Assembly (NCBI GenBank): GCA_049890095.1
Contig: JBMHCD010000003.1
Span: forward strand, 14,036-78,035
Direction: 5' to 3'
Length of the DNA: 64,000 nucleotides
Source of the DNA: Flavobacteriales bacterium
Lineage (GTDB): Bacteria; Bacteroidota; Bacteroidia; Flavobacteriales; UBA7312
Positions 50,987 to 61,187 of this stretch are shown here, in pieces (positions within the stretch are counted from its first letter, which is position 1; each line of letters begins with the position of its first letter). Both the position numbers and the translations under genes were made by a program. Under the pieces are notes generated by a model that saw only the letters and a program-made list of their open reading frames with translations, ran no database searches and was not told where the DNA came from.

Positions 50987-52223
50987 GCATATTTGGCATC
51001 CTTTTACTCAAATGCAAACAGCTAAAGAGCCTGTAGAAATAACTAGTGCTGAAGGCAGTAAACTATACGATAAAGATGGAAAAAGCTATATAGATGCTAT
51101 TTCTTCGTGGTGGGTCAATCTTCATGGACATTCACACCCGTATATTCGTGAGAAATTGAACGAACAGCACCAAAAATTGGCACACGTTATGTTTGCAGGC
51201 TTCAGCCACCAAGCAGCAAAAACATTATGCTCCGAATTGTGTACGGTTTTACCACCTAATCAACAAAAATTTTTCTTTTCCGGTGATGGTTCTTCTGCTG
51301 TAGAAATAGCTCTTAAAATGGCTATTCAGTATTGGCGTAATAAAGGAGTAAAAAAACAAAAGATTTTGGCTTTAGAAGGTGGATATCATGGTGAAACTTT
51401 TGGAGCAATGTCTGCTGGAGCAAGAAGTATTTTTAGTGCTCATTTTCAAGATTATCTTTTTGATGTCCAACATTTACCATTTCCAAAAAACAAAAAATGC
51501 TTGGAACAACTAGAAAATGCACTTAAAAAAAATGATGTTTGTGCATTTATTTTTGAACCTTTAGTACAAGGAGCTAATGGTATGCGAATGTATAGTAGCG
51601 ATATGCTAGAAAAAATGATACATCTTTGCAATACCTATAACACCCTAACAATTGCTGATGAAGTAATGACTGGTTTTGGAAGGACAGGTACTTACTTTGC
51701 TTGTAATCAAATAAAATCACCAGTCGATTTTATGTGTCTTTCTAAAGGATTATCAGGTGGCACCATGCCTATTTCTTTAACAACTTGCACTAACGAAATT
51801 CATAATAGTTTTTTAGGAAACGATTTTTCAAATGCCTTTCTACATGGTCATTCCTATACTGGTAATCCTCTAGGTTGTGCAGCAGCAATAGCAAGTTTGG
51901 AGCTGCTCAAAAAAGAAAGTTGCCAAAAAAGTATTAATAACATTACTAAGCAACATCAAGACTTTAAAGGTCAATTAGAAAAATACTCTGTTTTGAAAGA
52001 TATACGACAAACAGGGACTATCTTGGCATTAGAACTTAACGATAATGACCCATCATATACTAGCTCCATTGCCTACGATATTTATGGGTTTTTTATGAGT
52101 AAAGGTATTAATTTACGACCTTTAGGTAATGTAATATATATATTGCCTCCATATTGTATTACAAAAGAAGAATTGAATTATATATATAGTAGTATTATTG
52201 ACTTCCTAGACACTCTGAATTGA
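50979..52223 (+). CDS. bioA: Adenosylmethionine-8-amino-7-oxononanoate aminotransferase
   Basis: IWHPFTQM, DAISSWWVNLHGH, GSSAVEIALKMA, YHGETFG, EPLVQGA, DEVMTGFGRTG, LSKGLSGG, RPLGN. Confidence 0.97.
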   Translation: MNKHIWHPFTQMQTAKEPVEITSAEGSKLYDKDGKSYIDAISSWWVNLHGHSHPYIREKLNEQHQKLAHVMFAGFSHQAAKTLCSELCTVLPPNQQKFFFSGDGSSAVEIALKMAIQYWRNKGVKKQKILALEGGYHGETFGAMSAGARSIFSAHFQDYLFDVQHLPFPKNKKCLEQLENALKKNDVCAFIFEPLVQGANGMRMYSSDMLEKMIHLCNTYNTLTIADEVMTGFGRTGTYFACNQIKSPVDFMCLSKGLSGGTMPISLTTCTNEIHNSFLGNDFSNAFLHGHSYTGNPLGCAAAIASLELLKKESCQKSINNITKQHQDFKGQLEKYSVLKDIRQTGTILALELNDNDPSYTSSIAYDIYGFFMSKGINLRPLGNVIYILPPYCITKEELNYIYSSIIDFLDTLN

Positions 52224-52236
52224 GTATCTTTGCTTT

Positions 52237-53382
52237 ATGAATTCAATTGTTATACGCTCCAAAGCAAGTCTTTCCTCATTAGGTCATGAACCAAACACCA
52301 CTTGGGAAAACTATCAAAAAGCAAAATGTTTTATCAATATTTGTTGCTTTAACAATGAAGATACTCCAAGTGCAAGATTAGCCCCTGAATCTCAACAATT
52401 AGTAGACTCTATTCGTAAAGAAAATTCAAACTACCGTAGACTTGATAAAACTGTCATTATGGCAATTGCAGCAGCCCGCATGTGTTTGGAAGGTGACCCT
52501 CAAAATTTAGGAATAAATTTAGGCTCTTCTAGAGGGGCAACTCAATTGTTAGAAAAATATCACAAACATTTTTTAACCTCTAAACAACGATTAAGTCCGT
52601 TAGCCTCTCCAACTACTACTCTAGGAAACATTTCTTCTTGGGTTGCTAACGACTTAGGATCGAATAATATAAATTTATCCCATTCTATAACTTGTAGCAC
52701 TGCATTACATTCGATTTTAAATGCTTGTGCATGGATCAATTCTGGGATGAATGATATATTTTTAGCTGGAGCTAGCGAATCTCCTCTTACAGATTTTACT
52801 GTTAGACAAATGAAATCTTTAGGAATTTATAGTAAATCTATTGATAATTGGCCATGTAAACCTATACACCAAACCGAACAAAAAAATAATATGGTATTGG
52901 GCGAAGGTGCATCCGTTTTTCAATTAGAAAAAGATAATGGTCAGCCAAGCTTAGCAAAAATTATTGGCATAGGATATAGTACAGAAAAAATTAGTCATCC
53001 TACTTCTATTAGTAAAAATGGTGAATCTTTACAAAAGAGCATGCGTATGGCTTTGCAAAACACCAAACTAAACCAAGTAGATGCCATTGTAATGCATGCA
53101 CCAGGAACAATTGCAGGAGATCAATCAGAACTAAACGCTATTAAAATCGTTTTTGGTGACGAATTACCTAACTTAGTTAGCACAAAGTTTCAAACTGGAC
53201 ATACTTTAGGTGCATCGGGAGGATTAAGTCTTGACTTAGCTATAGAAATGATTCAAAGAAATAGAACAATACAGCTTCCATACCCAACAAAATACAGCAA
53301 GAGTGTTTCAGAAATTAAAAAAGTATTGATTAATGCAATTGGCTTTGGCGGAAATGCAGTAAGTTTACTTATATCCAAATAA
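52237..53382 (+). CDS. Beta-ketoacyl synthase, FabF/FabB (KAS II) type, inside the biotin operon
   Basis: Cys-His-His triad in ITCST, MHAPGT, KFQTGHTLGASG; GEGA; C-terminal NAIGFGGN; 381 aa. Confidence 0.85.
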   Translation: MNSIVIRSKASLSSLGHEPNTTWENYQKAKCFINICCFNNEDTPSARLAPESQQLVDSIRKENSNYRRLDKTVIMAIAAARMCLEGDPQNLGINLGSSRGATQLLEKYHKHFLTSKQRLSPLASPTTTLGNISSWVANDLGSNNINLSHSITCSTALHSILNACAWINSGMNDIFLAGASESPLTDFTVRQMKSLGIYSKSIDNWPCKPIHQTEQKNNMVLGEGASVFQLEKDNGQPSLAKIIGIGYSTEKISHPTSISKNGESLQKSMRMALQNTKLNQVDAIVMHAPGTIAGDQSELNAIKIVFGDELPNLVSTKFQTGHTLGASGGLSLDLAIEMIQRNRTIQLPYPTKYSKSVSEIKKVLINAIGFGGNAVSLLISK

Positions 53383-53392
53383 AGATAAAACT

Positions 53393-53400
53393 TATATTTG
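53393..53400 (+). promoter_or_regulatory. Internal -7 promoter box (TATATTTG) before bioB
   Basis: TAnnTTTG match between the KAS stop and bioB. Confidence 0.5.
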
Positions 53401-53421
53401 TGATTGTTAATACATTTTGAT

Positions 53422-54507
53422 ATGAATAAAACATGGACAACAGAAGAAGTGTTGGAAATATACAACCGACCTTTAATGCAATTGGTTTTTGATGCCGCTA
53501 AAAAACATCGAGAAAATCATAATCCTCTAGAAGTGCAAGTAAGCACCCTGTTGTCTATAAAAACTGGGGGCTGCCCAGAAGATTGTGGTTACTGTCCTCA
53601 GGCAGCTCGCTACCACACGGATATTGATAACAATGACCTGATGAGTGTTTCTCAGGTTAAAGCACAAGCATTGCGTGCAAAATCTAACGGTTCTTCTAGA
53701 TTATGTATGGGTGCAGCTTGGCGAAACATTCAAAACAACGAAGAGTTTGATCAAGTTCTAGAAATGGTAAAAACCGTAAATGAATTAGAAATGGAAGTTT
53801 GTTGTACTTTAGGCATGATGACCGAAGATCAAGCTAGAAGACTTGCAGACGCAGGACTATATGCTTACAACCATAATCTAGATACATCAGAAGAACACTA
53901 TAAAGAAATTATATCTACACGCGAGTTTGAAGACCGTAAAAAAACCATATCCAACGCATCAAAAGCTGGTATAAGTGTCTGCTCAGGTGGGATTATAGGA
54001 ATGGGCGAAACAGCAAAAGATAGATGTGCCATGTTAGTCACCCTTGCCAATCTTAATCCACAACCTAAATCCGTTCCGATTAATGCTCTAGTTCCTGTAG
54101 AAGGAACTCCATTGGAAGACCAAGAAATAGTGTCTATTTGGGATATGGTGCGCATGGTTGCCACAACCCGAATAGTTATGCCTAAGGCCGTTGTCCGGTT
54201 GTCGGCAGGTAGAACTCAAATGAGTGATGAAGGTCAAGCACTTTGTTTTATGGCAGGTGCTTCTTCAATTTTTGCTGGTGATAAACTACTTACTACTCCA
54301 AATCCAGACATTAACAACGACATGAAACTATTTGATATTCTTGGCATAAGCCCTAAAGCACCTTTTGTAGATGGTGAACAACCCAAAACAAAAGAAAGCT
54401 ACAAAGAGTGTTTATCAACTAGAGGTAATGTGAAGTGGAACAGACCAAGTCATACTATCGAACGAAACGAAAAAGCAAAACAAAAAGCGAACGATTTAAA
54501 AGTCTAA
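53422..54507 (+). CDS. bioB: Biotin synthase
   Basis: SIKTGGCPEDCGYCPQ (radical SAM CxxxCxxC), RLCMGAAW, CCTLG, YNHNLDT, VPINAL, RLSAGR, GDKLLTTPN; basic C-terminal extension. Confidence 0.98.
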   Translation: MNKTWTTEEVLEIYNRPLMQLVFDAAKKHRENHNPLEVQVSTLLSIKTGGCPEDCGYCPQAARYHTDIDNNDLMSVSQVKAQALRAKSNGSSRLCMGAAWRNIQNNEEFDQVLEMVKTVNELEMEVCCTLGMMTEDQARRLADAGLYAYNHNLDTSEEHYKEIISTREFEDRKKTISNASKAGISVCSGGIIGMGETAKDRCAMLVTLANLNPQPKSVPINALVPVEGTPLEDQEIVSIWDMVRMVATTRIVMPKAVVRLSAGRTQMSDEGQALCFMAGASSIFAGDKLLTTPNPDINNDMKLFDILGISPKAPFVDGEQPKTKESYKECLSTRGNVKWNRPSHTIERNEKAKQKANDLKV

Positions 54508-54929
54508 CACAACCATCCTTTCTTTTTGGCAAAATTGGCTAAATAGACCAATAAAATTGCTAGGAAAATAATTGAAATGGTTAAAATAATTTCAAAAGAT
54601 TCGGGAGAATTTTGAGCCTCAAAAACAAAAGTAGCATAACAAAAATCAACGATTACAGCAAACAAAGATATTTGTAATAAAATAGCTGAAATCTTTTTCT
54701 CAAGTAATAGAGTTAAGCTACCTAAAAAGCCTGAGACAACTGCAATGCCAAATGCTGCAAGAGCCCAAAATGGCCTATTGTTAATCAAATTTTGTTGATC
54801 AATTGGCAATGCTAATAAATCTTGCTCACTAATAGTAATCTGTCCAATAAAATTTAGAATTCCTATTAAATTCCATAGTATTAGAAAAACAACTAAAATT
54901 TTGAACCAAACTGGTATACTATTCTTCAT
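54504..54929 (-). CDS. Hypothetical 4-TM membrane protein
   Basis: From ATG 54929: MKNSIPVWFKILVVFLILWNLIG...PFWALAAFGIAV; the longer ORF-track start overlaps mazG. Confidence 0.75.
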   Translation of the reverse strand: MKNSIPVWFKILVVFLILWNLIGILNFIGQITISEQDLLALPIDQQNLINNRPFWALAAFGIAVVSGFLGSLTLLLEKKISAILLQISLFAVIVDFCYATFVFEAQNSPESFEIILTISIIFLAILLVYLANFAKKKGWLC

Positions 54930-54964
54930 GTCAAAAAGATTTAAATTTTTTGGCAATATATAAA

Positions 54965-55285
54965 TTATAATTTTTTGTTTGACTTGTGTCTTTGTGAATC
55001 TCTTTTTGTTTTGATTACCATTTTCTTTTGAAATGCACTTTCCAAATCTGTTCCAGTCTGGTTTGCCAAACACATTACTACAAATAAAACATCTGCTAGT
55101 TCTTCACCTAAGTCCTTATTATCGGATTCTTTAAAAGATTGTTCTCCATATTTTCTAGAAATAACTCGAGCTACTTCCCCAACTTCTTCGCTCAAAATTG
55201 CCATATTAGTCAATTCATCAAAATAACGTACTCCATGAGCTTTTATCCACTGATCTACTTGTTTTTGAATCTTTTTAATTGCCAT
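54965..55285 (-). CDS. MazG-like nucleotide pyrophosphohydrolase
   Basis: ILSEEVGEVAR and LGEELADVLF (EExxE...EExxD). Confidence 0.92.
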   Translation of the reverse strand: MAIKKIQKQVDQWIKAHGVRYFDELTNMAILSEEVGEVARVISRKYGEQSFKESDNKDLGEELADVLFVVMCLANQTGTDLESAFQKKMVIKTKRDSQRHKSNKKL

Positions 55286-55287
55286 GA

Positions 55288-55740
55288 TTATTCCTTGTTT
55301 TTACTATCCATAATAATTGTTACTGGTCCGTCATTACATAATTCTAATTTCATATTCGCACCAAATTCTCCACATTTTATTTCTTTGCTACTATACTCAT
55401 TTAGTTTATGTAAAAATTTTTGATAAAGTGGCACTGCAATTTCTGGAGAAGCAGCTTTGATAAAAGATGGTCTATTACCCTTTTTTGTTTTTGCAAACAA
55501 AGTAAATTGACTAACTACTAAAAATTGAGCATCTACATCTAATGCTGAGCAATTCATCAAACCATTTTGATCGTTGAAAATACGTAATTGAACAATTTTT
55601 TTACATAACCATTCTATATCCTCATCATTATCATCTGATGTAATACCCAACAATATCAATAACCCTTTATCGATGTAAGCTTTTTGATTTTCTTCTATGG
55701 AAACAGAAGCTGAACTTACTCTTTGAATAACAACACGCAT
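55288..55740 (-). CDS. dtd: D-aminoacyl-tRNA deacylase
   Basis: MRVVIQRV, SQFTL, KGNRPSF, NDGPVT. Confidence 0.97.
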   Translation of the reverse strand: MRVVIQRVSSASVSIEENQKAYIDKGLLILLGITSDDNDEDIEWLCKKIVQLRIFNDQNGLMNCSALDVDAQFLVVSQFTLFAKTKKGNRPSFIKAASPEIAVPLYQKFLHKLNEYSSKEIKCGEFGANMKLELCNDGPVTIIMDSKNKE

Positions 55741-55743
55741 TTT

Positions 55744-56673
55744 TTATTCAAATTTGTTAATTCTATAATTTTCATCTTCTAATTCTAGCATATTTAGATA
55801 ACTATTGTATCTTGAAGCTGCTATTTTTTGTTGCTCAACTGCTTTTTTTACTCCGCAATTAGGCTCTTTATAATGTATGCAGTTATTGTATTTACAAGAA
55901 GATTTTATGGCAAAAAACTCTGGAAAAAAATGATAAAGTTCGTTTCTTTCTATTTCGACTAAACCAAAACCTCTGATTCCAGGTGTATCAATAATTTTAG
56001 CTCCAAAATCTAACTCATGCATTTGAGAAAAAGTAGTAGTATGCTGTCCTTGCTGGTGTTGTGAAGAAACTTCTTGTGTATTGATTTGTAAACTAGGTTG
56101 TAAAACATTTAAAAGCGTAGATTTACCAACCCCCGAATGACCACATATAACATTAACCTTGGACTTCATTTTAGTTTTTAAATCACTTAAATCATCTTGT
56201 AAAACAGACATAGAAAAACAGCTATAGCCAATAGCTTCATATACTTTATGCAATTCATTAAGTTTGATTTTTTCTTCTTTGTTGAGTAAATCTGACTTGT
56301 TAAACAACATAATAACCTCTATGCCATAAGACCTAGCTCCAACTAAAAAACGATCAATAAAACCCGTAGAAGTAATCGGACTTTTAAGAGTAACCATAAG
56401 AATTGCCTGATCAATATTAGAAGCGATAATATGAGTTTGTTTTGAAAGATTAACTGACTTTCTAACAATATAATTTTTTCTGTCGATCAATTTAGTAATC
56501 AGATATGACTCTTCTTCCTTTTCTAAAACTACCTGATCACCAACAACAATTGGGTTGGTACTTTTTATTCCTTTAATTCTAAACTTTCCTCTAATCCTAC
56601 AATTTAAAATTTCGTCAGATTTAGTTTTAACGATATACCAACTACCAGTAGATTTTATAACCACTCCTTGCAT
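55744..56673 (-). CDS. rsgA: Ribosome small-subunit-dependent GTPase RsgA
   Basis: N-terminal OB fold, NKSD, GHSGVGKST, GQHTTT, DTPG, CKYNNCIHYKEPNC; promoter box TATATTTG at 56681-56688. Confidence 0.96.
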   Translation of the reverse strand: MQGVVIKSTGSWYIVKTKSDEILNCRIRGKFRIKGIKSTNPIVVGDQVVLEKEEESYLITKLIDRKNYIVRKSVNLSKQTHIIASNIDQAILMVTLKSPITSTGFIDRFLVGARSYGIEVIMLFNKSDLLNKEEKIKLNELHKVYEAIGYSCFSMSVLQDDLSDLKTKMKSKVNVICGHSGVGKSTLLNVLQPSLQINTQEVSSQHQQGQHTTTFSQMHELDFGAKIIDTPGIRGFGLVEIERNELYHFFPEFFAIKSSCKYNNCIHYKEPNCGVKKAVEQQKIAASRYNSYLNMLELEDENYRINKFE

Positions 56674-56750
56674 ATAAGAGCAAATATACAACCCTTATCT
56701 TAAGTAAATTAAAAAGCCTTAAAAATTAACAAAATTACTATCTTCGCTAT

Positions 56751-57446
56751 ATGTCGATAGAAGTACAAAAAGTTAGCAAATTTTACGGCAAACAAGCCGC
56801 TTTAAAGGATGTTTCAATTTCTATAAAAAAGGGAGAAATAGTAGGGTTTCTAGGTCCAAATGGAGCAGGAAAGTCCACCCTAATGAAAATTATTTGCTGC
56901 TATTTAGATGCCGATAAAGGCAGTGCAATAGTTTGTGGTAATACATGCGGTAGCAAACAAACTAAAGTAAAAGGATTAATTGGGTATTTGCCAGAACATA
57001 ATCCATTGTATCTAGAAATGTATGTAAAAGAATACTTAGATTTTGTAGCAGGAATATATGGAGCTGACAAACAAAATATAGAAGAAATGATCGAGCATAC
57101 TGGCTTGAGTGTTGAAAAACATAAAAAAGTTGGTCAACTTTCAAAAGGTTATCGGCAACGATTAGGAATAGCAGCTGCACTAATACACAATCCTGAAGTA
57201 CTAATTTTAGACGAACCAACTACTGGTCTAGATCCAAACCAATTGGTAGAAATACGAAATCTTATCAAATCAAGCGGAGAAAATAAAACCGTATTATTAT
57301 CCACTCATATTATGCAGGAAGTTGAGCGAATTTGCAACAGAGTAATTATAATCAATAAGGGGCAAATAGTTGCTGATGAACAAATGGAAAGTTTAAAATC
57401 AAAAAACATCGACTTAGAGAAATATTTCCAAAGTCTAACTAAATAA
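56751..57446 (+). CDS. gldA: GldA-like ABC ATPase (short form)
   Basis: MSIEV..VSK.YG.Q.AL, GPNGAGKSTLMK, GYLPEHNPLY, LSKGYRQR, DEPTTGLDPNQLVEIR, LSTHIMQEVE; 231 aa. Confidence 0.75.
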   Translation: MSIEVQKVSKFYGKQAALKDVSISIKKGEIVGFLGPNGAGKSTLMKIICCYLDADKGSAIVCGNTCGSKQTKVKGLIGYLPEHNPLYLEMYVKEYLDFVAGIYGADKQNIEEMIEHTGLSVEKHKKVGQLSKGYRQRLGIAAALIHNPEVLILDEPTTGLDPNQLVEIRNLIKSSGENKTVLLSTHIMQEVERICNRVIIINKGQIVADEQMESLKSKNIDLEKYFQSLTK

Positions 57447-57627
57447 TTAGTTTTAACAATTTCTTCGTTTCTAACCACAGAATAGATAGAGGCTGAAATA
57501 TGATTTTTTTATAGTCTATGAAAAAACACTTTAAAATTTCGTAATATTTAACTTAACGATTATCAAATAAAAAAAGAAAAAAAGGAGAACTTTAAATTTT
57601 ATTTTTCTAATTTTACAGCAAGATTAT

Positions 57628-57679
57628 GTGGATAAATTTGGCTGATTGCAACCACTTCTAAAAAATGCTAAAACAGAAG
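57628..57679 (+). ncRNA. SAM-II-type riboswitch upstream of metK
   Basis: P1 GTGG/CCAC; loop ATTT-GG-CTG-A-TTGC-AA; 3' strand GC-T-AAAA-CAG can form the SAM-II pseudoknot. Confidence 0.78.
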
Positions 57680-57718
57680 TCATTTGCTCGGCCATTTTAA
57701 TTTTTATAAAAATAAAAT

Positions 57719-58990
57719 ATGGCTTATTTCTTTACCTCCGAATCAGTTTCTGAAGGACACCCAGATAAGGTTGCAGATCAAATCTCAGATGCTTTACTTG
57801 ATAATTTTTTAGTTCAAGATCCAGAATCAAAAGTTGCATGCGAAACATTAGTAACTACAGGCCTCACTGTACTTTCTGGAGAAGTCAATTCGAAAGCTTA
57901 CGTAGATATTCAAAATGTTACAAGAGATGTAATTCGCACTATAGGTTATAACAAATCAGAATATCAATTTGATGCTGATAGCTGTGGAGTAATTTCAGCA
58001 ATACATGAACAATCGCCAGATATAAATCAAGGTGTCGAAAAAGGAAAAGGTCTGCATCAAGAACAAGGTGCTGGAGATCAAGGGATGATGTTTGGCTATG
58101 CTACTAACGAAACTGCAAATTTCATGCCTTTGGCATTAGATTTATCTCATAGAATTTTGAAAGAACTAGCAGATATTCGTAAAGAAGGGGAAGTAATGAC
58201 CTATTTACGCCCTGATTCAAAATCGCAGGTAACTATAGAATACAATGAAGATCATTCGCCAAAAAGAATTGAAGCTATTGTAGTTTCCACTCAACACGAC
58301 GAGTTTTGTAACAATAATAGTGGTGATAAAGAAAAAGAAATGCTAGATCAAATTACATCTGATGTAATTAATATTTTAATCCCAAGAGTAAAAGAAAAGT
58401 TAGAAGATCGTCTAAAATCATTGTTCGGCACAGAGAAGTATCATGTTAATCCTACAGGAAAATTTGTTATTGGAGGGCCACATGGTGATACAGGACTAAC
58501 AGGTAGAAAAATAATTGTGGATACTTATGGCGGAAGAGGTGCCCATGGTGGTGGTGCATTTTCTGGAAAAGACCCTTCAAAAGTGGATAGGTCGGCAGCT
58601 TATGCTACACGTCATATTGCCAAAAACTTAGTAGCTGCTGGAGTTTGTGATAAAATCTTAGTGCAAGTTTCATATGCTATTGGAGTAGCAAAACCTATGG
58701 GTATTTTTGTAGATACTTATGGGACTTCCAAAGTAGATTTAAGCGATAGTAAAATAGCACAAATTGTTGATGAAGTTTTTGATTTGAGACCTGCTGCTTT
58801 AATTGATCGATTAAAACTAAAAAATCCTATATATCAAGAAACTGCTGCTTATGGTCATATGGGAAGAGAATCTCGAATAAAAAACAAAAAATTTAAAGTT
58901 GGTAACCAAGATAAAGAGGTCAAAGTTGAAACCTTCACATGGGAAAAACTAGACTATGTCAATCAAGTAAAAAAAGCTTTTAATCTTTAA
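57719..58990 (+). CDS. metK: S-adenosylmethionine synthetase
   Basis: [65 protein letters not shown]. Confidence 0.98.
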   Translation: MAYFFTSESVSEGHPDKVADQISDALLDNFLVQDPESKVACETLVTTGLTVLSGEVNSKAYVDIQNVTRDVIRTIGYNKSEYQFDADSCGVISAIHEQSPDINQGVEKGKGLHQEQGAGDQGMMFGYATNETANFMPLALDLSHRILKELADIRKEGEVMTYLRPDSKSQVTIEYNEDHSPKRIEAIVVSTQHDEFCNNNSGDKEKEMLDQITSDVINILIPRVKEKLEDRLKSLFGTEKYHVNPTGKFVIGGPHGDTGLTGRKIIVDTYGGRGAHGGGAFSGKDPSKVDRSAAYATRHIAKNLVAAGVCDKILVQVSYAIGVAKPMGIFVDTYGTSKVDLSDSKIAQIVDEVFDLRPAALIDRLKLKNPIYQETAAYGHMGRESRIKNKKFKVGNQDKEVKVETFTWEKLDYVNQVKKAFNL

Positions 58991-58992
58991 AT

Positions 58993-60297
58993 TTATTTTT
59001 TTCTGAAGAATATTTGAATTGGTACTCCTTTAAAATCAAAGCTTTCTCTAAGCTTGTTTTCAATATATCTTTTATACGGGTCTTTAATGTATTGAGGTAA
59101 ATTTGCAAAAAAGGCAAACGTTGGTGTTTTGGTAGGTAATTGTGTACAAAACTTTATTCTAATATACTTTCCTTTTGTTGCAGGTGGCGGGTTTTGCTCT
59201 ATAAAAGGCAACATAATATCATTGAGTTTAGAAGTGCTAATTCTAGTTTTTCTGTTTTTATTTACATAAATAGCAATTTCTAATGCTTTTAAAAGTCTTT
59301 GTTTGTTTAGTGCTGAAATAAATACAATAGGAACATCAGTAAAAGGAGCTATTTTTTCCCTTATTTTTTGCTCATACTCTTTTACTGAATAGGTGTTTTT
59401 ATCAATTAGATCCCATTTATTAACTAGTATAACTATTCCTTTTCTATTTTTATCTGCTAAATGAAAAATATTTTGATCTTGTGACTCAAAACCTAAAGTT
59501 GCATCAATAAGTAACAAGCAAACATCCGAATATTCTATCGACCTTATCGAACGCATTACAGAATAAAACTCTAGATCTTCATGAACATTTTTTTTCTTTC
59601 TAACTCCAGCTGTATCTACTAATATAAAATCGTGGCCAAATTTGGTGTAATGAGTATCAAGAGAATCTCTGGTTGTACCGGCAATATTTGTTACTATATT
59701 TCTTTCTTCTCCTACTAATGCATTAACAAAAGACGATTTACCCACATTGGGTCTGCCCACTATTGCAAATCTTGGCAATTCACTTTCTTCTTGAATAGGT
59801 TCAGGTGGTAAAACTTTAACAACCTCATCTAGCAATTCGCCAGTTCCAGAACCATTAATAGAAGAAATACAATAGTAGTCTCCTAAACCTAAAGAATAAA
59901 ATTCAACTGCCTCCTGAATTATTTTACCATTATCGGCCTTATTAGCAACTAAAAAAATTGGCTTTTCTGTTTTTCGCAAATAATTTGCAACTGCTAAGTC
60001 TAAGTCAGAAACACCAAACTGGGCATCTACAAGGAACAAAATGACATTCGATTCCTCGATTGCTAAATCTACTTGCTTGCGAATCTCTTCTTCAAAAATA
60101 TCATCAGAGCCAACAATATATCCTCCAGTATCAATTACAGAAAATTCATGCCCATTCCAATCTGCCTTACCATAATGCCTATCTCTAGTAACTCCGCTTA
60201 CAGAATCAACAATTGCTTGTCTCTTTTGAATTAAACGATTAAAAAAGGTTGACTTACCAACATTTGGTCTTCCTACTATTGCTATAATGTTACTCAT
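58993..60297 (-). CDS. der: Ribosome biogenesis GTPase Der
   Basis: Two GRPNVGKS G1 motifs, DTGG and DTAG, NKAD and NKWD. Confidence 0.98.
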   Translation of the reverse strand: MSNIIAIVGRPNVGKSTFFNRLIQKRQAIVDSVSGVTRDRHYGKADWNGHEFSVIDTGGYIVGSDDIFEEEIRKQVDLAIEESNVILFLVDAQFGVSDLDLAVANYLRKTEKPIFLVANKADNGKIIQEAVEFYSLGLGDYYCISSINGSGTGELLDEVVKVLPPEPIQEESELPRFAIVGRPNVGKSSFVNALVGEERNIVTNIAGTTRDSLDTHYTKFGHDFILVDTAGVRKKKNVHEDLEFYSVMRSIRSIEYSDVCLLLIDATLGFESQDQNIFHLADKNRKGIVILVNKWDLIDKNTYSVKEYEQKIREKIAPFTDVPIVFISALNKQRLLKALEIAIYVNKNRKTRISTSKLNDIMLPFIEQNPPPATKGKYIRIKFCTQLPTKTPTFAFFANLPQYIKDPYKRYIENKLRESFDFKGVPIQIFFRKK

Positions 60298-60305
60298 TTT
60301 GTTTA

Positions 60306-61187
60306 TTAGTTATTGTAACCAAATCGTTTTAATTGACTTTCTTTATTTCGCCAATCTTTATTCACTTTTACGTATAAATCTAAAAATACTTTAGATTTAA
60401 AAAAGTTTTCTAAATCTTTTCTTGCAAGAGTACCTATTTTGTTAAGTGCTTTTCCTTTGTGACCAATAATGATTCCTTTTTGTGAATCTCTGGCAACATA
60501 AATTATTGCCCTTATAGTTAACAAATCAGAATCTTTTTTAAAATCTTCAACCTCAACTTCTACAGAATAAGGAATTTCTTTACTATAATATTTCAGTATC
60601 TTTTCTCTTATTATTTCGTTTACAAAGAAACGTTCAGGTTTATCTGTAAGAGTTTCTTTGTCATAATAAGGAGGAGAATCTGGCAATAAAGATACTACTG
60701 TATCAAAAACAGTATCTAAATTAAATTTATTTAACGCTGAAATAGGATAAATTTTTGCATTAGGCAATTCTGTTTGCCAATATTCAAAATGTTGTTCTAA
60801 ACTTTCCTGATCTACTTTATCAATCTTGTTAAGTAGCAATAAAAGAGGTTGTTTGGAATTTTTAAGCTTTGAAAAAATAATTTCATTGTTCATTTTCTTT
60901 TCGCCTATTTCGACCATATAAACCAAAACATCAGCATCTTGAAAAGCACCATAAACAAAATCCATCATATTTTCTTGTAGCTTGTAAGCAGGCTCAAGTA
61001 TTCCTGGAGTATCAGACAAAACAACTTGATAATTATCATGATTTACAATGCCCAAAATTCGATGCCTAGTAGTTTGTGCTTTAGCAGAAATAATAGACAA
61101 CCGCTCGCCTACCCAAGCATTCATAAGTGTTGATTTTCCAACATTCGGATTACCAATAATGTTTACAAAACCTGCTTTATGATTCAT
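60306..61187 (-). CDS. era: GTPase Era
   Basis: [39 protein letters not shown] domain; ATG 61187. Confidence 0.98.
   Translation of the reverse strand: MNHKAGFVNIIGNPNVGKSTLMNAWVGERLSIISAKAQTTRHRILGIVNHDNYQVVLSDTPGILEPAYKLQENMMDFVYGAFQDADVLVYMVEIGEKKMNNEIIFSKLKNSKQPLLLLLNKIDKVDQESLEQHFEYWQTELPNAKIYPISALNKFNLDTVFDTVVSLLPDSPPYYDKETLTDKPERFFVNEIIREKILKYYSKEIPYSVEVEVEDFKKDSDLLTIRAIIYVARDSQKGIIIGHKGKALNKIGTLARKDLENFFKSKVFLDLYVKVNKDWRNKESQLKRFGYNN

Noticed and set aside
54930-55073. N-terminal extension of the membrane-protein ORF
   Set aside because: It overlaps the mazG 3' end on the same strand; the hydrophobic protein starts at ATG 54929.
57447-57610. Possible small protein or sRNA in the long gldA-metK gap
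   Set aside because: The best - strand open frame (about 37 codons) has no start codon, the + strand offers only MKKHFKIS, and I saw no stable structure.
57627-57635. Perfect DnaA box TGTGGATAA
   Set aside because: A single copy inside the P1 strand of the SAM-II-type aptamer, so better explained by the RNA. No box cluster suggesting oriC.
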